A stretch of DNA of 32,000 bases from Candidatus Saccharimonadota bacterium (GTDB lineage: Archaea; Nanohalarchaeota; Nanosalinia; Nanosalinales; Nanosalinaceae). Shown here in pieces: positions 9,190 to 17,218 of this stretch (its first letter is position 1; the number at the start of each line of letters is the position of its first letter). Where the stretch lies: contig NZ_CP180230.1 of assembly GCF_047555085.1 (NCBI RefSeq), positions 420,001 through 452,000 on the forward strand. Reading direction: 5' to 3'. The notes under the pieces were generated by a model. It saw only the letters and a program-made list of their open reading frames with translations. It searched no databases and had not been told where the DNA came from. The translations under genes and the position numbers were made by a program.

Positions 9190-9295
9190 CACAGGACTCA
9201 AGTAACTTTCAAAACTTTTCCCGGAGAAACACTTGTTTAGAGGCGCAAAAATATGATTCGAAATTCAAAGAATTTCTGTATCACGCAGAAAACAC

Positions 9296-9301
9296 AAGGT
9301 G
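9296..9301 (+). promoter_or_regulatory. Shine-Dalgarno-like AAGGTG 7 nt upstream of the proS GTG start
   Basis: AAGGTG is complementary to the archaeal 16S 3' end (..CACCUCC). Its spacing to the GTG at 9309 is 7 nt. Confidence 0.4.
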
Positions 9302-9308
9302 TTTTCGA

Positions 9309-10787
9309 GTGAGTCAGGAACTCGGGATCACGGTAGATAAACATCAGGATACTTCAGAATGGTATACACAGGTAGTCAAGAAGGCAGGCCTTGCGGATTA
9401 CGCGCCTGTCAAAGGCTGCATGATAATCAAGCCTTACGGCATGAAGCTCTGGGAATCGATCAAGGAAAACTTCAATGATAAGATCACGGATACAGGAGTT
9501 GAAAATGCTTACTTCCCGCTTTTCATCCCGGAAAGCTACCTTGAGAAAGAAGAGGATATTGTGGAAGGATTCGATCCCGAAGTTGCATGGGTGACACACG
9601 GAGGAAACGAAGAACTGGAGGAAAGACTCGCAGTAAGGCCTACATCCGAAAGTATAATTGCACCATACATGAGCGACGAAGTAAGAAGCCACAGAGACCT
9701 GCCGCTGAGGCTCAACCAGTGGGCCAACGTCGTACGCTGGGAGCCTACCGATACAAGGCCTTTCCTGAGAACTCGAGAATTTTTGTGGCAGGAAGGCCAT
9801 ACAGCACACGCAACAGAAGAAAGTGCCGACGAGGAAACGATGCTGCGCCTAGAACAGTACCAGGAAGTGATCGAGGACCACTTGGCTATTCCTTCGATTC
9901 TTGGTTACAAGCCGGAGCACGACAAGTTCCCGGGAGCGAAGTATACTACAACGATTGAGACACTGATGCCGGACGGAAAAAGCATCCAGTCAGGTACTTC
10001 ACACCAGTTAGGCCAGCACTTTGCAGAGGCCTTCGATATCACTTTCGAGGATGAAGACTCGGAAACTCAGACAGCGTGGACGACGTCATGGGGCCTCTCA
10101 ACAAGGACGATCGGTGCCTTGATCATGGCTCACGGCGATGATGACGGCCTTAGATTGCCTCCTTCCGTTGCGCCGCATCAAGTGGTTGTCGTACCTATCT
10201 TCCAGGAGGACAATCAGGAAGAAGTCATGGATTACGCGGAAGAAGTGGCTGAAGATCTCGAAGACGAAGGCCTTCGTGTCGAGTTCGATCACAGAGAGCA
10301 CCGCACCCCTGGCTACAAGTTCAATGAGTGGGAACTGAAGGGAGTACCTCTCAGAGTTGAGGTCGGACCGAATGAGATGGAAGACGACGCGGTTACAACT
10401 GTGAGACGAGACACTGGAGACAAGGAGATGGGCATTGACAAAGAAGAATTCATTGAGTCCGCAGAGTCAACTCTTGAAGATATTCAGGCCTCTATGTACA
10501 GCGAACTGGAAGATTATCTGCATGAGAACATCAGAGAGGCAGAATCCAAGAACGAAATTTTAGCGACAATCGGCAAGTCAAGAGGCTACGTCAAGACACG
10601 ATGGTGTGGAAAAGAAAGCTGTGAAGAAGAAGTCAAGGAAGAAGTCTCGGCAGAGATCGTAGTCCTCCCGTTCCAGGAAGACTCGGAACCAGCTACAATA
10701 CAGGCCTCAGAAGAAGAAATCTCTGGAGAATGCGCAGTCTGCGGAGAAAACGCCGAGAGATGGGCATATTTTGCCAAGAACTACTAG
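9309..10787 (+). CDS. proS: Prolyl-tRNA synthetase, archaeal/eukaryotic type
   Basis: 492 aa with a GTG start. Class II motifs are present: FLRTREFLWQEGHTAH, SHQLGQHFAEAF, WANVVRWE. The C-terminal Zn-type domain (CGKESCE...CAVCGE) and the terminal ...FAKNY are typical of archaeal ProRS. Confidence 0.93.
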   Translation: MSQELGITVDKHQDTSEWYTQVVKKAGLADYAPVKGCMIIKPYGMKLWESIKENFNDKITDTGVENAYFPLFIPESYLEKEEDIVEGFDPEVAWVTHGGNEELEERLAVRPTSESIIAPYMSDEVRSHRDLPLRLNQWANVVRWEPTDTRPFLRTREFLWQEGHTAHATEESADEETMLRLEQYQEVIEDHLAIPSILGYKPEHDKFPGAKYTTTIETLMPDGKSIQSGTSHQLGQHFAEAFDITFEDEDSETQTAWTTSWGLSTRTIGALIMAHGDDDGLRLPPSVAPHQVVVVPIFQEDNQEEVMDYAEEVAEDLEDEGLRVEFDHREHRTPGYKFNEWELKGVPLRVEVGPNEMEDDAVTTVRRDTGDKEMGIDKEEFIESAESTLEDIQASMYSELEDYLHENIREAESKNEILATIGKSRGYVKTRWCGKESCEEEVKEEVSAEIVVLPFQEDSEPATIQASEEEISGECAVCGENAERWAYFAKNY

Positions 10788-10806
10788 ATAGTTCTTTGGT
10801 ATCTCA

Positions 10807-10832
10807 TTTTTCTTCTTTTTATTCTGATTTTT
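10807..10832 (+). terminator. Oligo-T tracts downstream of proS
   Basis: Three T5 runs (10807-10811, 10816-10820, 10828-10832) start 20 nt after the proS stop. Archaeal termination is oligo-T driven. The tract overlaps the 3' end of the convergent ORF. Confidence 0.4.
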
Positions 10833-11466
10833 GAGGATTCTTGTCTTCTACTATATTTACTCTCTGTTCTCTGCTGTATCTTGACTGGAACTTTGCCAGT
10901 TTTTCAGCCCTCTGTGTAGCTGCTGGAGGGCTTTCGGCTCTGTTTCTTTCGACGTCTTCTACTGTTCTGTTGAGTATTTCCTCTCTGTTCCCCAGTCCTT
11001 CAGGGCCTGATGTATCTGGCCTCACAGCGGTATACTCCGGATCTATTTTTATCTCTATTTCAGGATCATGCTCCAGAATGTTATCCACAACTGTTGAGAT
11101 GCAGTCGTTCAGCCAGACACCGGCCAGAGTAACTTCTTCTGTTTCTGATGTTATACTCTCTAACTGCTCCTCATTTAGATCGCCGTTGCTGTCGTCTTCC
11201 AAAATTTCATCGTATTCGTGAAAGTTGTAAGGCAGGTGTGTCTGATCTTTAATTTCTCTGGGCCTTTTGATGGCCTTGTGATCCAGCGGTAAATCTGATC
11301 CTCTATCCAGATACGCCACTGCTGTTGTATGCCCATATTCTTCAAATGCAGAATCTATTCTATCCTCCCAGTGATCGCCGTACAAAGCTTTACCTGAGTC
11401 CTCATCAAACTCTCCTCCAAGATAAACAATATCACCGTGAACCACTACCAGTTCATCTTCAGCCAT
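10819..11466 (-). CDS. Acidic hypothetical protein (215 aa)
   Basis: Long ORF with the same D/E-rich composition as neighbouring genes. I recognise no motif securely; the segment VTLAGVWLNDCISTVVDN is only faintly like a cysteine-hydrolase/isochorismatase strand-helix. Confidence 0.55.
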   Translation of the reverse strand: MAEDELVVVHGDIVYLGGEFDEDSGKALYGDHWEDRIDSAFEEYGHTTAVAYLDRGSDLPLDHKAIKRPREIKDQTHLPYNFHEYDEILEDDSNGDLNEEQLESITSETEEVTLAGVWLNDCISTVVDNILEHDPEIEIKIDPEYTAVRPDTSGPEGLGNREEILNRTVEDVERNRAESPPAATQRAEKLAKFQSRYSREQRVNIVEDKNPQKSE

Positions 11467-11625
11467 TTAAACACCCGTAAGACTCCCGAAACATAGAATT
11501 TGCAGAATTTACAGCAGAAACCATATGTTGTTACTATGCAATAACATTTAAATCTTTTCTTATGTCTGACGCAAGTCTCTATATCGCCTCTTAACGTAAA
11601 AACTTTTCTCATACAGTAGTTTTCC

Positions 11626-12282
11626 ATGAGTGATTTCTGGACTGTCACCGAGAATCCTGCTGGATACGGGAAACTGGAGAGGCCTCTGGAATACGTTGTT
11701 GAGAATGAACTGGAGGTCTCGGGCCCGGTAAGAATTCTTGATGTGGGGTCTTCGAACGGTGCAGGATTTTCCCGTCTAGTCGATTATCTGGAGGATGAGA
11801 CAGGCCGTGAGTTTGAATCAGTTAATCTGGATCCGCAGAGTGTCATATACAGTGATCGGGCTCAGGGGAATTCTGATCATCATGTCCGAGGTATGGCAGG
11901 CCGTCCTGAGACTTCTTTGCCTGTAAAAGATAATTCTGTTGATCTAGTTGTCTCTAACTATCTTTTGCCGTTCATCGGGAGAAAGAAATCAGAGGAGTTT
12001 CCTGGCGAGACACAGTCACAGGCCCTGAATCAGATACACAGTATCCTGAGGCCTGGAGGCGCTGTAGGAATACATGTAGATCCGTATCCTGCAAATGAAG
12101 ATAGCGTGTCCGATCACTGGGTGCTCAGCTATGAAGATTTCTCCGATTTAGGAGAAGAGACTGAGGCCTTTACACAGTATCCCCTGGTGCCGGAAGAGGG
12201 AAGGAATATGTTCTATGGGGATAACAGGGACAGTCTGCCGGATGGATTCTACGACGACTTCCGGGATAGACTGGGATTTTAA
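11626..12282 (+). CDS. Class I SAM-dependent methyltransferase (substrate unknown)
   Basis: Motif I is VRILDVGSSNGAG. This is followed by an acidic beta-2 end (SVNLDP), VDLVVSNYLLPF (motif IV-like) and LRPGGAVGIHV (motif VI-like). Confidence 0.55.
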   Translation: MSDFWTVTENPAGYGKLERPLEYVVENELEVSGPVRILDVGSSNGAGFSRLVDYLEDETGREFESVNLDPQSVIYSDRAQGNSDHHVRGMAGRPETSLPVKDNSVDLVVSNYLLPFIGRKKSEEFPGETQSQALNQIHSILRPGGAVGIHVDPYPANEDSVSDHWVLSYEDFSDLGEETEAFTQYPLVPEEGRNMFYGDNRDSLPDGFYDDFRDRLGF

Positions 12283-12283
12283 C

Positions 12284-13492
12284 TCAGATCTCCATTACCT
12301 CGGAAGTTTCGTGGCCTGTTGAGGCCTCTGTGTCTCCGTGACTCATTCCTGTGTCTCTTATGAAGTCGGCGGCCTCGTTGACGAACTGTTTCTCGTAGGT
12401 CTCTGTTGAAGGCCTGTACTGCATCTCGAGAGCATCTCTGTTCTCTTCTCCGTGATCTATTTTTCCTGGATTAAAGCCAGCGTATTCGAATCCAAGTCCT
12501 TCAAGCTCCTCTGCTGCAGTTGGAAGATATGGGCTGTTGGCATCCAGCGTGAGGCCTATCCAGTAATCCTGATCGTCTTCATCTTCCTGTATCTGGCTTT
12601 GAGCTTCCCCGATCTCCTGAAGTACGTCGTTCCATGTGTAGTCTCCGCTTTCGTCTTCCACGATCTGTACTTCGGCGAAGTTCATAGGATCGCCGACAGC
12701 TTTCGGCTTCACTTTGTAGTTTCGATTACGGTGCTCTGTATGCGCCGTATTAACTGTTCTAGTTATAGCATCAAGGCTGGAATCTCTTTTTGCATTGATG
12801 TTGTCCCTTGCTGTTGTAACGATGTCTCCAGCTGCTTCCGGCACATAAACTTGCTCCTGCTCATTCTCTATATGGGAATCAGCCCAGATCATATCGACTA
12901 CAGTCACACGGCCTTTACCTCTGTACGCCATCGGGAATTTCTTGTCGTACACTCCTGTCACTGCAAAATCGTGCTGATTAGCAACGTGCTGAGTTGCAGC
13001 AGATTTATCCGCCAGTAACTGTGTATATGCGATATCTACAGGATCATCAGGATCAGCAACCATGCCTGAAACTGTATCAAGGCGATCAGAGAACAACTCG
13101 CTGTAAACTGTCCGACCTGTGTCACTGGACCGAAGACTTCTATCATCTTCTCTGATAATCGTTGAACCCAGCTCTGCAAGATTATCCTGAAACTTTATCG
13201 CACCAACGCCTATGAAATCTCCATCAGAATCCTCAACAGTACGTACAATTTCGGGAGCTTCATCAGAAGACCATTCATCAACAGTCCATTCTCCAACTAC
13301 CTCATCAGGACTCACGCCGTCAAGTTCCTCATTCATAACCTTCAGAAAGGCCTCCAACTCCTCACTATCAACATACTTCCCGTAATACTTCTCATACTCG
13401 TTCTGGAAGGCCTCTGTAATATCCTCTGCGTCTTCAGGCCTTGAACGCCTTATTTCCTCGTTTATAGATGTTTTTCCATCTGTTTCTGCCAT
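12284..13492 (-). CDS. Conserved hypothetical, probable double GNAT-fold acyltransferase-like protein (paralog A)
   Basis: 402 aa. The N-terminus IRRSRPEDAEDITEAF and GVGAIKF...AELGSTIIREDDR resemble the GNAT beta1/alpha1 and beta4 elements. The C-terminal half (YWIGLTLDANSP...ELEGLGFEYAGF) looks like a second GNAT-like lobe. It is clearly paralogous to 19020-20150. Confidence 0.45.
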   Translation of the reverse strand: MAETDGKTSINEEIRRSRPEDAEDITEAFQNEYEKYYGKYVDSEELEAFLKVMNEELDGVSPDEVVGEWTVDEWSSDEAPEIVRTVEDSDGDFIGVGAIKFQDNLAELGSTIIREDDRSLRSSDTGRTVYSELFSDRLDTVSGMVADPDDPVDIAYTQLLADKSAATQHVANQHDFAVTGVYDKKFPMAYRGKGRVTVVDMIWADSHIENEQEQVYVPEAAGDIVTTARDNINAKRDSSLDAITRTVNTAHTEHRNRNYKVKPKAVGDPMNFAEVQIVEDESGDYTWNDVLQEIGEAQSQIQEDEDDQDYWIGLTLDANSPYLPTAAEELEGLGFEYAGFNPGKIDHGEENRDALEMQYRPSTETYEKQFVNEAADFIRDTGMSHGDTEASTGHETSEVMEI

Positions 13493-13553
13493 TCAGGCAA
13501 CCACCTGATGCGTGTGCGTGTTTCCGGTATGCGTAATTTTTTGTTCACCTCAA

Positions 13554-13563
13554 GTATATAGAG
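13554..13563 (-). promoter_or_regulatory. Candidate TATA box for the 12284-13492 gene
   Basis: The minus strand reads CTCTATATACTT about 62-70 nt upstream of the ATG. An AGGTGG SD-like element lies 9 nt upstream of the ATG. Confidence 0.3.
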
Positions 13564-13746
13564 AATCTCTCTTCATCGAGCCCTGTCAAAAAATTTTCCA
13601 GGTCTCTGGAAGAGAAAGCTAGAGCTGTCAGTGATAGAAATAGTGGCTATACTCTGAAAATGTGCTAATGTGACCACTGACTGACAACATATAACTCTAG
13701 TTTTGTACCTGTTTTTAAGAAACTTTTCTCTGAACAGGCTACAGGC

Positions 13747-15033
13747 CTACTTTCTCCTTGCGGCTTCGAACTTCTCAACTTTACCCTGAACTTTTTCCAG
13801 GAGGCCTTCCTGATCTACGTCCTTCACTTTTCCGTTTTCCATGACTGTTTCGCCGTTGACGATCACTTTCTCCGGGTGCCCGGTGTAGGAAAAAACGATG
13901 TTCGATACCAGGCCCTTTTTTCCGTAGAAAGGAGTCATCTCCGGGTCATCGAGATCTATGACAACTATATCGGCTTTTTTACCTTCCTCTAACGAGCCTA
14001 TCTCGTTCTCCAGGCCTAGAGCCCGGGCTCCGTTGATAGTTGCCATATCAAGCACCTGTTGCTCGTTGATATCCCGTGGATCAGCCAGTTTGTGCACCAG
14101 TGCAGCAGTCTTCATCTCCTCAAAAAGATTGAAATTATTGTTAGATGCAGGCCCATCGGTTCCCAATGCGACATTGACATCCATGTTCATAAGTTCCGGT
14201 ATCTCTGCGATGCCGCTTCCAAGCTTAAGATTAGCTGCCGGATTATGCGCTACGTTCGCCTTTCTATCTGCGAAAAGCTGTTTATCCTCCTCTGAAAGCC
14301 AGGCCGCATGCGCCGCTACAACGCTCGAATCGAAAAGCCCAAGATCATCAAGATACTGTGTAGGAGTTAATCCTTCCTCCTCAAGAATATCGCTGTTCTC
14401 CTCCTCAGTCTCCGAAACATGGATATGATACGGAACACCGTGCTTATCCGAGAAATCCTTCATCTCCTTCAGAAGCTCCTCACTACACGTGTAGACTGCA
14501 TGAGGTGCTATAGCAGGCGTCACCAGTTCATGATCCATATACTTCTCAACGGCATTCTTCGCCTCATCTATACGCTCCTCTCCCTGTTCATCCCAGTCGA
14601 ACAGGCCTCTTGAGACGACGGCACGGATACCTGCATTCTCTACTGCTTCAACAACCTCATCAGGCCTCTCGTACATATCGTTGAAACATGTCGTCCCGGT
14701 CTTCAGCATCTCCACAGACGCAAGCAGTGCGCCGGTGTAGATATCGTCAGCGTTCATCACGTCCTCGGCTGGGAAGATATCGTCCTCCAGCCAGTCCATC
14801 AACTGTTTGTTATCTGAAATCCCTCTGAGAAGAGACATCGAGGCGTGAGTATGGGCATTGACTAGGCCCGGCATCACAGCTCTGTTCGAGCAGTCGATAA
14901 CTTCCTCGCCTTCAGAGGCCTCTACATCACCTATACTCTCTATTTCTCCGTTTCTGATCTTTATGCTGGTGTTTTCCAGTACTTCTCTTTCAGAGTTCTG
15001 CGTTACAATGAATCGGATGTTTTCCAGTATCAT
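13747..15033 (-). CDS. mtaD: Amidohydrolase-superfamily nucleoside deaminase, MtaD/DadD-like (5'-methylthioadenosine/S-adenosylhomocysteine deaminase)
   Basis: 428 aa. Contains VMPGLVNAHTHASMSLLRG (HxH metal site), HIHVSETEEE (signature of the ATZ/TRZ-MtaD group), AAHAAWL and GTDGPASNN (the conserved Asp). Confidence 0.7.
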   Translation of the reverse strand: MILENIRFIVTQNSEREVLENTSIKIRNGEIESIGDVEASEGEEVIDCSNRAVMPGLVNAHTHASMSLLRGISDNKQLMDWLEDDIFPAEDVMNADDIYTGALLASVEMLKTGTTCFNDMYERPDEVVEAVENAGIRAVVSRGLFDWDEQGEERIDEAKNAVEKYMDHELVTPAIAPHAVYTCSEELLKEMKDFSDKHGVPYHIHVSETEEENSDILEEEGLTPTQYLDDLGLFDSSVVAAHAAWLSEEDKQLFADRKANVAHNPAANLKLGSGIAEIPELMNMDVNVALGTDGPASNNNFNLFEEMKTAALVHKLADPRDINEQQVLDMATINGARALGLENEIGSLEEGKKADIVVIDLDDPEMTPFYGKKGLVSNIVFSYTGHPEKVIVNGETVMENGKVKDVDQEGLLEKVQGKVEKFEAARRK

Positions 15034-15128
15034 GAGAAAGGCCTGTGAACTGAAATGTTAAGAAGTGTTGATTTCAGGGTGCAGCGTCAAAAAGCTTGCC
15101 CGGTAAAAAGTTACTGTAAGTTGATAAA

Positions 15129-16238
15129 ATGAATTTTGAAGAGTTAGGTATTTCGGAAAGAACGGTTTCGCAGTTAAAGCAGCAGGGTATCACAGAGCCT
15201 ACAGAGGTTCAGAAGAAATCTATACCAGAAATTTTTGAAGGGAAAGACATGCTTGTCGAATCGGAGACAGGCTCAGGTAAGACACTGGCCTTCTCACTTC
15301 CTATAATCGAAAAGGTTTCAGGGGACGACACGAAGGCCCTAGTCCTGACACCGACAAGAGAACTGGCCAAACAGGTATCAGAGGAGATAGAGAAAAACTC
15401 TCCCGACAAGATCGAGACAGTAACGATCTACGGAGGAGTAAGCTACGATCCACAGATCCAGGGAGCCAAAAAAGCCAACATAGTCGTCGGAACACCTGGA
15501 AGAGTACTGGATCTTCTTAAACAGAAAAAAATCGATGTCTCAGGCCTCGAATACTTTATACTTGATGAGGCTGACAGGATGCTGGATATGGGATTCCAGG
15601 ATGAACTTGAACAGATCATCAGCTTCCTTCCGGATGAGAAACAGAATCTTCTGTTCGGAGCGACAATCCCAAGAGCACTGAAGAAGATGTGCGACAGATA
15701 CGATATCGAGCCGGAAACTATCAGAATCAAGGCCTCAGAGCACACCAGAAATCTTGATGCAAAGTACATGAACGTCAAGAAGAACGAGAAACTTTCAACA
15801 CTGTACACATTGCTGGAGGAAAGGGAGAGAGATCTGTCTATCGTCTTCTGCCAGACAAAGAACACCACGAGATGGCTTGCCGACAAACTCAGGAAGAACG
15901 GGATTGATGCACAGGAACTGAACGGCGACATGAGCCAGCACAAACGTGAAGAGATGGTGGAAAAATTTGAAAACGGAGAGATAAAAGTCATAGTTGCGAC
16001 AGACGTCGCTGCCAGAGGCCTGGATATAGACAACGTTACACACGTCTTCAACTACGATGTGCCGGACACTGCTGATACATACACCCACAGAATCGGAAGA
16101 GCAGGGAGGCAGGGACGTGAAGGAGAGGCCATCACACTTCTAGAGAGAAACGATCACGACAAGTTCCGCAGGATCAAGAGAAAAGTCGACATCCCGCGTA
16201 TGGATGAAGAAGTTGATCTCAAAGACGCAAAAATGTAA
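15129..16238 (+). CDS. DEAD-box ATP-dependent RNA helicase
   Basis: Q motif TEPTEVQ, motif I ETGSGKT, Ia PTRELA, Ib TPGR, II DEAD, III GAT (a variant of SAT), V ARGLD and VI HRIGRAGR, all in canonical order. Confidence 0.92.
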   Translation: MNFEELGISERTVSQLKQQGITEPTEVQKKSIPEIFEGKDMLVESETGSGKTLAFSLPIIEKVSGDDTKALVLTPTRELAKQVSEEIEKNSPDKIETVTIYGGVSYDPQIQGAKKANIVVGTPGRVLDLLKQKKIDVSGLEYFILDEADRMLDMGFQDELEQIISFLPDEKQNLLFGATIPRALKKMCDRYDIEPETIRIKASEHTRNLDAKYMNVKKNEKLSTLYTLLEERERDLSIVFCQTKNTTRWLADKLRKNGIDAQELNGDMSQHKREEMVEKFENGEIKVIVATDVAARGLDIDNVTHVFNYDVPDTADTYTHRIGRAGRQGREGEAITLLERNDHDKFRRIKRKVDIPRMDEEVDLKDAKM

Positions 16239-16241
16239 ATA

Positions 16242-16263
16242 AGGCCTTTAAGGCCTCTTTTTT
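16242..16263 (+). terminator. AGGCCT-tta-AGGCCT hairpin followed by T6 between convergent genes
   Basis: Two copies of the palindromic hexamer (16242-16247 and 16251-16256) can form a 6-bp stem with a 3-nt loop. The stem is followed by C + TTTTTT (16258-16263). It sits 4 nt after the helicase stop and overlaps the stop of the convergent peptidase gene. Confidence 0.45.
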
Positions 16264-17218
16264 ATTCCTCAAGGAAGACTGGTTCTCCTTTTTCCAGAAT
16301 TTTTCTGTCATCAAAGTAGACTGTCGGATTTTCACAGACCGAGTCCCAGTGAATAGCACATGGATTTCGTCTCTCATCGCCTTCATCTATGTAGGAGCAG
16401 TTATCTCCGAAGGCGAAATGAACTGTTCCAAGAACTTTTTCATCCTGTAAAGGGTTTCCTATCAGAGTAGCCTCGGGATTCGTTCCAAAGCCGAACTCAG
16501 CTATCTTCTTCGTACATGGATGCTCCTCAAAGGCCTCTTCAAGCTTTGAACTCTCTGTTCCTTCGCTTTCAAGTGCAACTACTTCTCCATTCCTAATCTC
16601 AACTTTTTCTGCCTTAGGGGAGAAAGGAAAATGATCTATTACGAGCGTCCCAGATATTTTATCTGGATAGCCGTTGGGCTCTCCTGCAGGCAAATTTCCG
16701 AAATTACCTGGCTCGTTCAGGATGCCTGTATCCCTGTCATATGTATCGATATCAACTTCAAAACTTAGATCGGTGCCTGAAGGCGTAGTAACTCTTATTT
16801 CAGAGGCCTGTTCCAGGAGGCTGTAGACTTTCTCCGTTATCTCTTTCACTCTTTCGTAATCGGCCTGTAGACTGGTGTTCCAGATCTCCTTGCTGACTGT
16901 AGGAAGTGTGGCAACTCTTGCACCGGCCTTGTTAGCATCTTTTCGTGCTTCAGTATGTGAAAGAGATTTCATTGTTGGAGCGATCACTACGTCAAAATTT
17001 TTCATCGCATCGGCTACATGTTCCGGCGGCTCACCTCCGTAACTGTCTACTTCCTCGTACACGATCAACTCGTGTTCCAGGCCTCTATCCTCAAGTACCT
17101 CCATAAGAGAGTCTATAAGATCTTTATCGTTGGAATCATTCAGTACAAGAACTTTTTCGCCCTCTCTAACATCCAGACACTGATTTATTATCGTTTCAGC
17201 GCCGTCTCTAAGACTCAT
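16262..17218 (-). CDS. M29-family (aminopeptidase T/AmpS-like, COG2309) aminopeptidase
   Basis: 318 aa. The N-terminus ...AETIINQCLDVREGEKVLVL, the central GNLPAGEPNGYP and the C-terminal FGFGTNPEA...DEKVLGTVHFAFGDN match the thermophilic metalloprotease M29 pattern. Confidence 0.65.
   Translation of the reverse strand: MSLRDGAETIINQCLDVREGEKVLVLNDSNDKDLIDSLMEVLEDRGLEHELIVYEEVDSYGGEPPEHVADAMKNFDVVIAPTMKSLSHTEARKDANKAGARVATLPTVSKEIWNTSLQADYERVKEITEKVYSLLEQASEIRVTTPSGTDLSFEVDIDTYDRDTGILNEPGNFGNLPAGEPNGYPDKISGTLVIDHFPFSPKAEKVEIRNGEVVALESEGTESSKLEEAFEEHPCTKKIAEFGFGTNPEATLIGNPLQDEKVLGTVHFAFGDNCSYIDEGDERRNPCAIHWDSVCENPTVYFDDRKILEKGEPVFLEE

Noticed and set aside
9253-9312. 19-aa ATG ORF just upstream of proS as a leader peptide
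   Set aside because: It is very short and has no SD or attenuator-like structure. It overlaps the SD and GTG start of proS in another frame and is most simply chance.
13630-13700. Possible C/D-box sRNA (GTGATAG ... CTGA ... TAATGTGA ... CTGA) in the 254-bp spacer
   Set aside because: The candidate C and C' boxes do not match RUGAUGA at the critical GA positions, and there are no terminal complementary ends. The resemblance is at chance level.
15443-16051. 202-aa antisense ORF inside the DEAD-box helicase gene (similar cases: 12452-13018, 13958-14428, 27443-27829, 27866-28246, 30475-30903, 31471-31842)
   Set aside because: These are Ser/Phe/Leu-rich low-complexity translations on the opposite strand or an alternative frame of genes with unambiguous family motifs. 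None has a start context.
15129-16238. GAT instead of SAT in helicase motif III as a sign of inactivation
   Set aside because: All other motifs (Q, I, Ia, Ib, II, V, VI) are intact. Ser-to-Gly at this position is a tolerated natural variant, so this is not evidence of a pseudogene.
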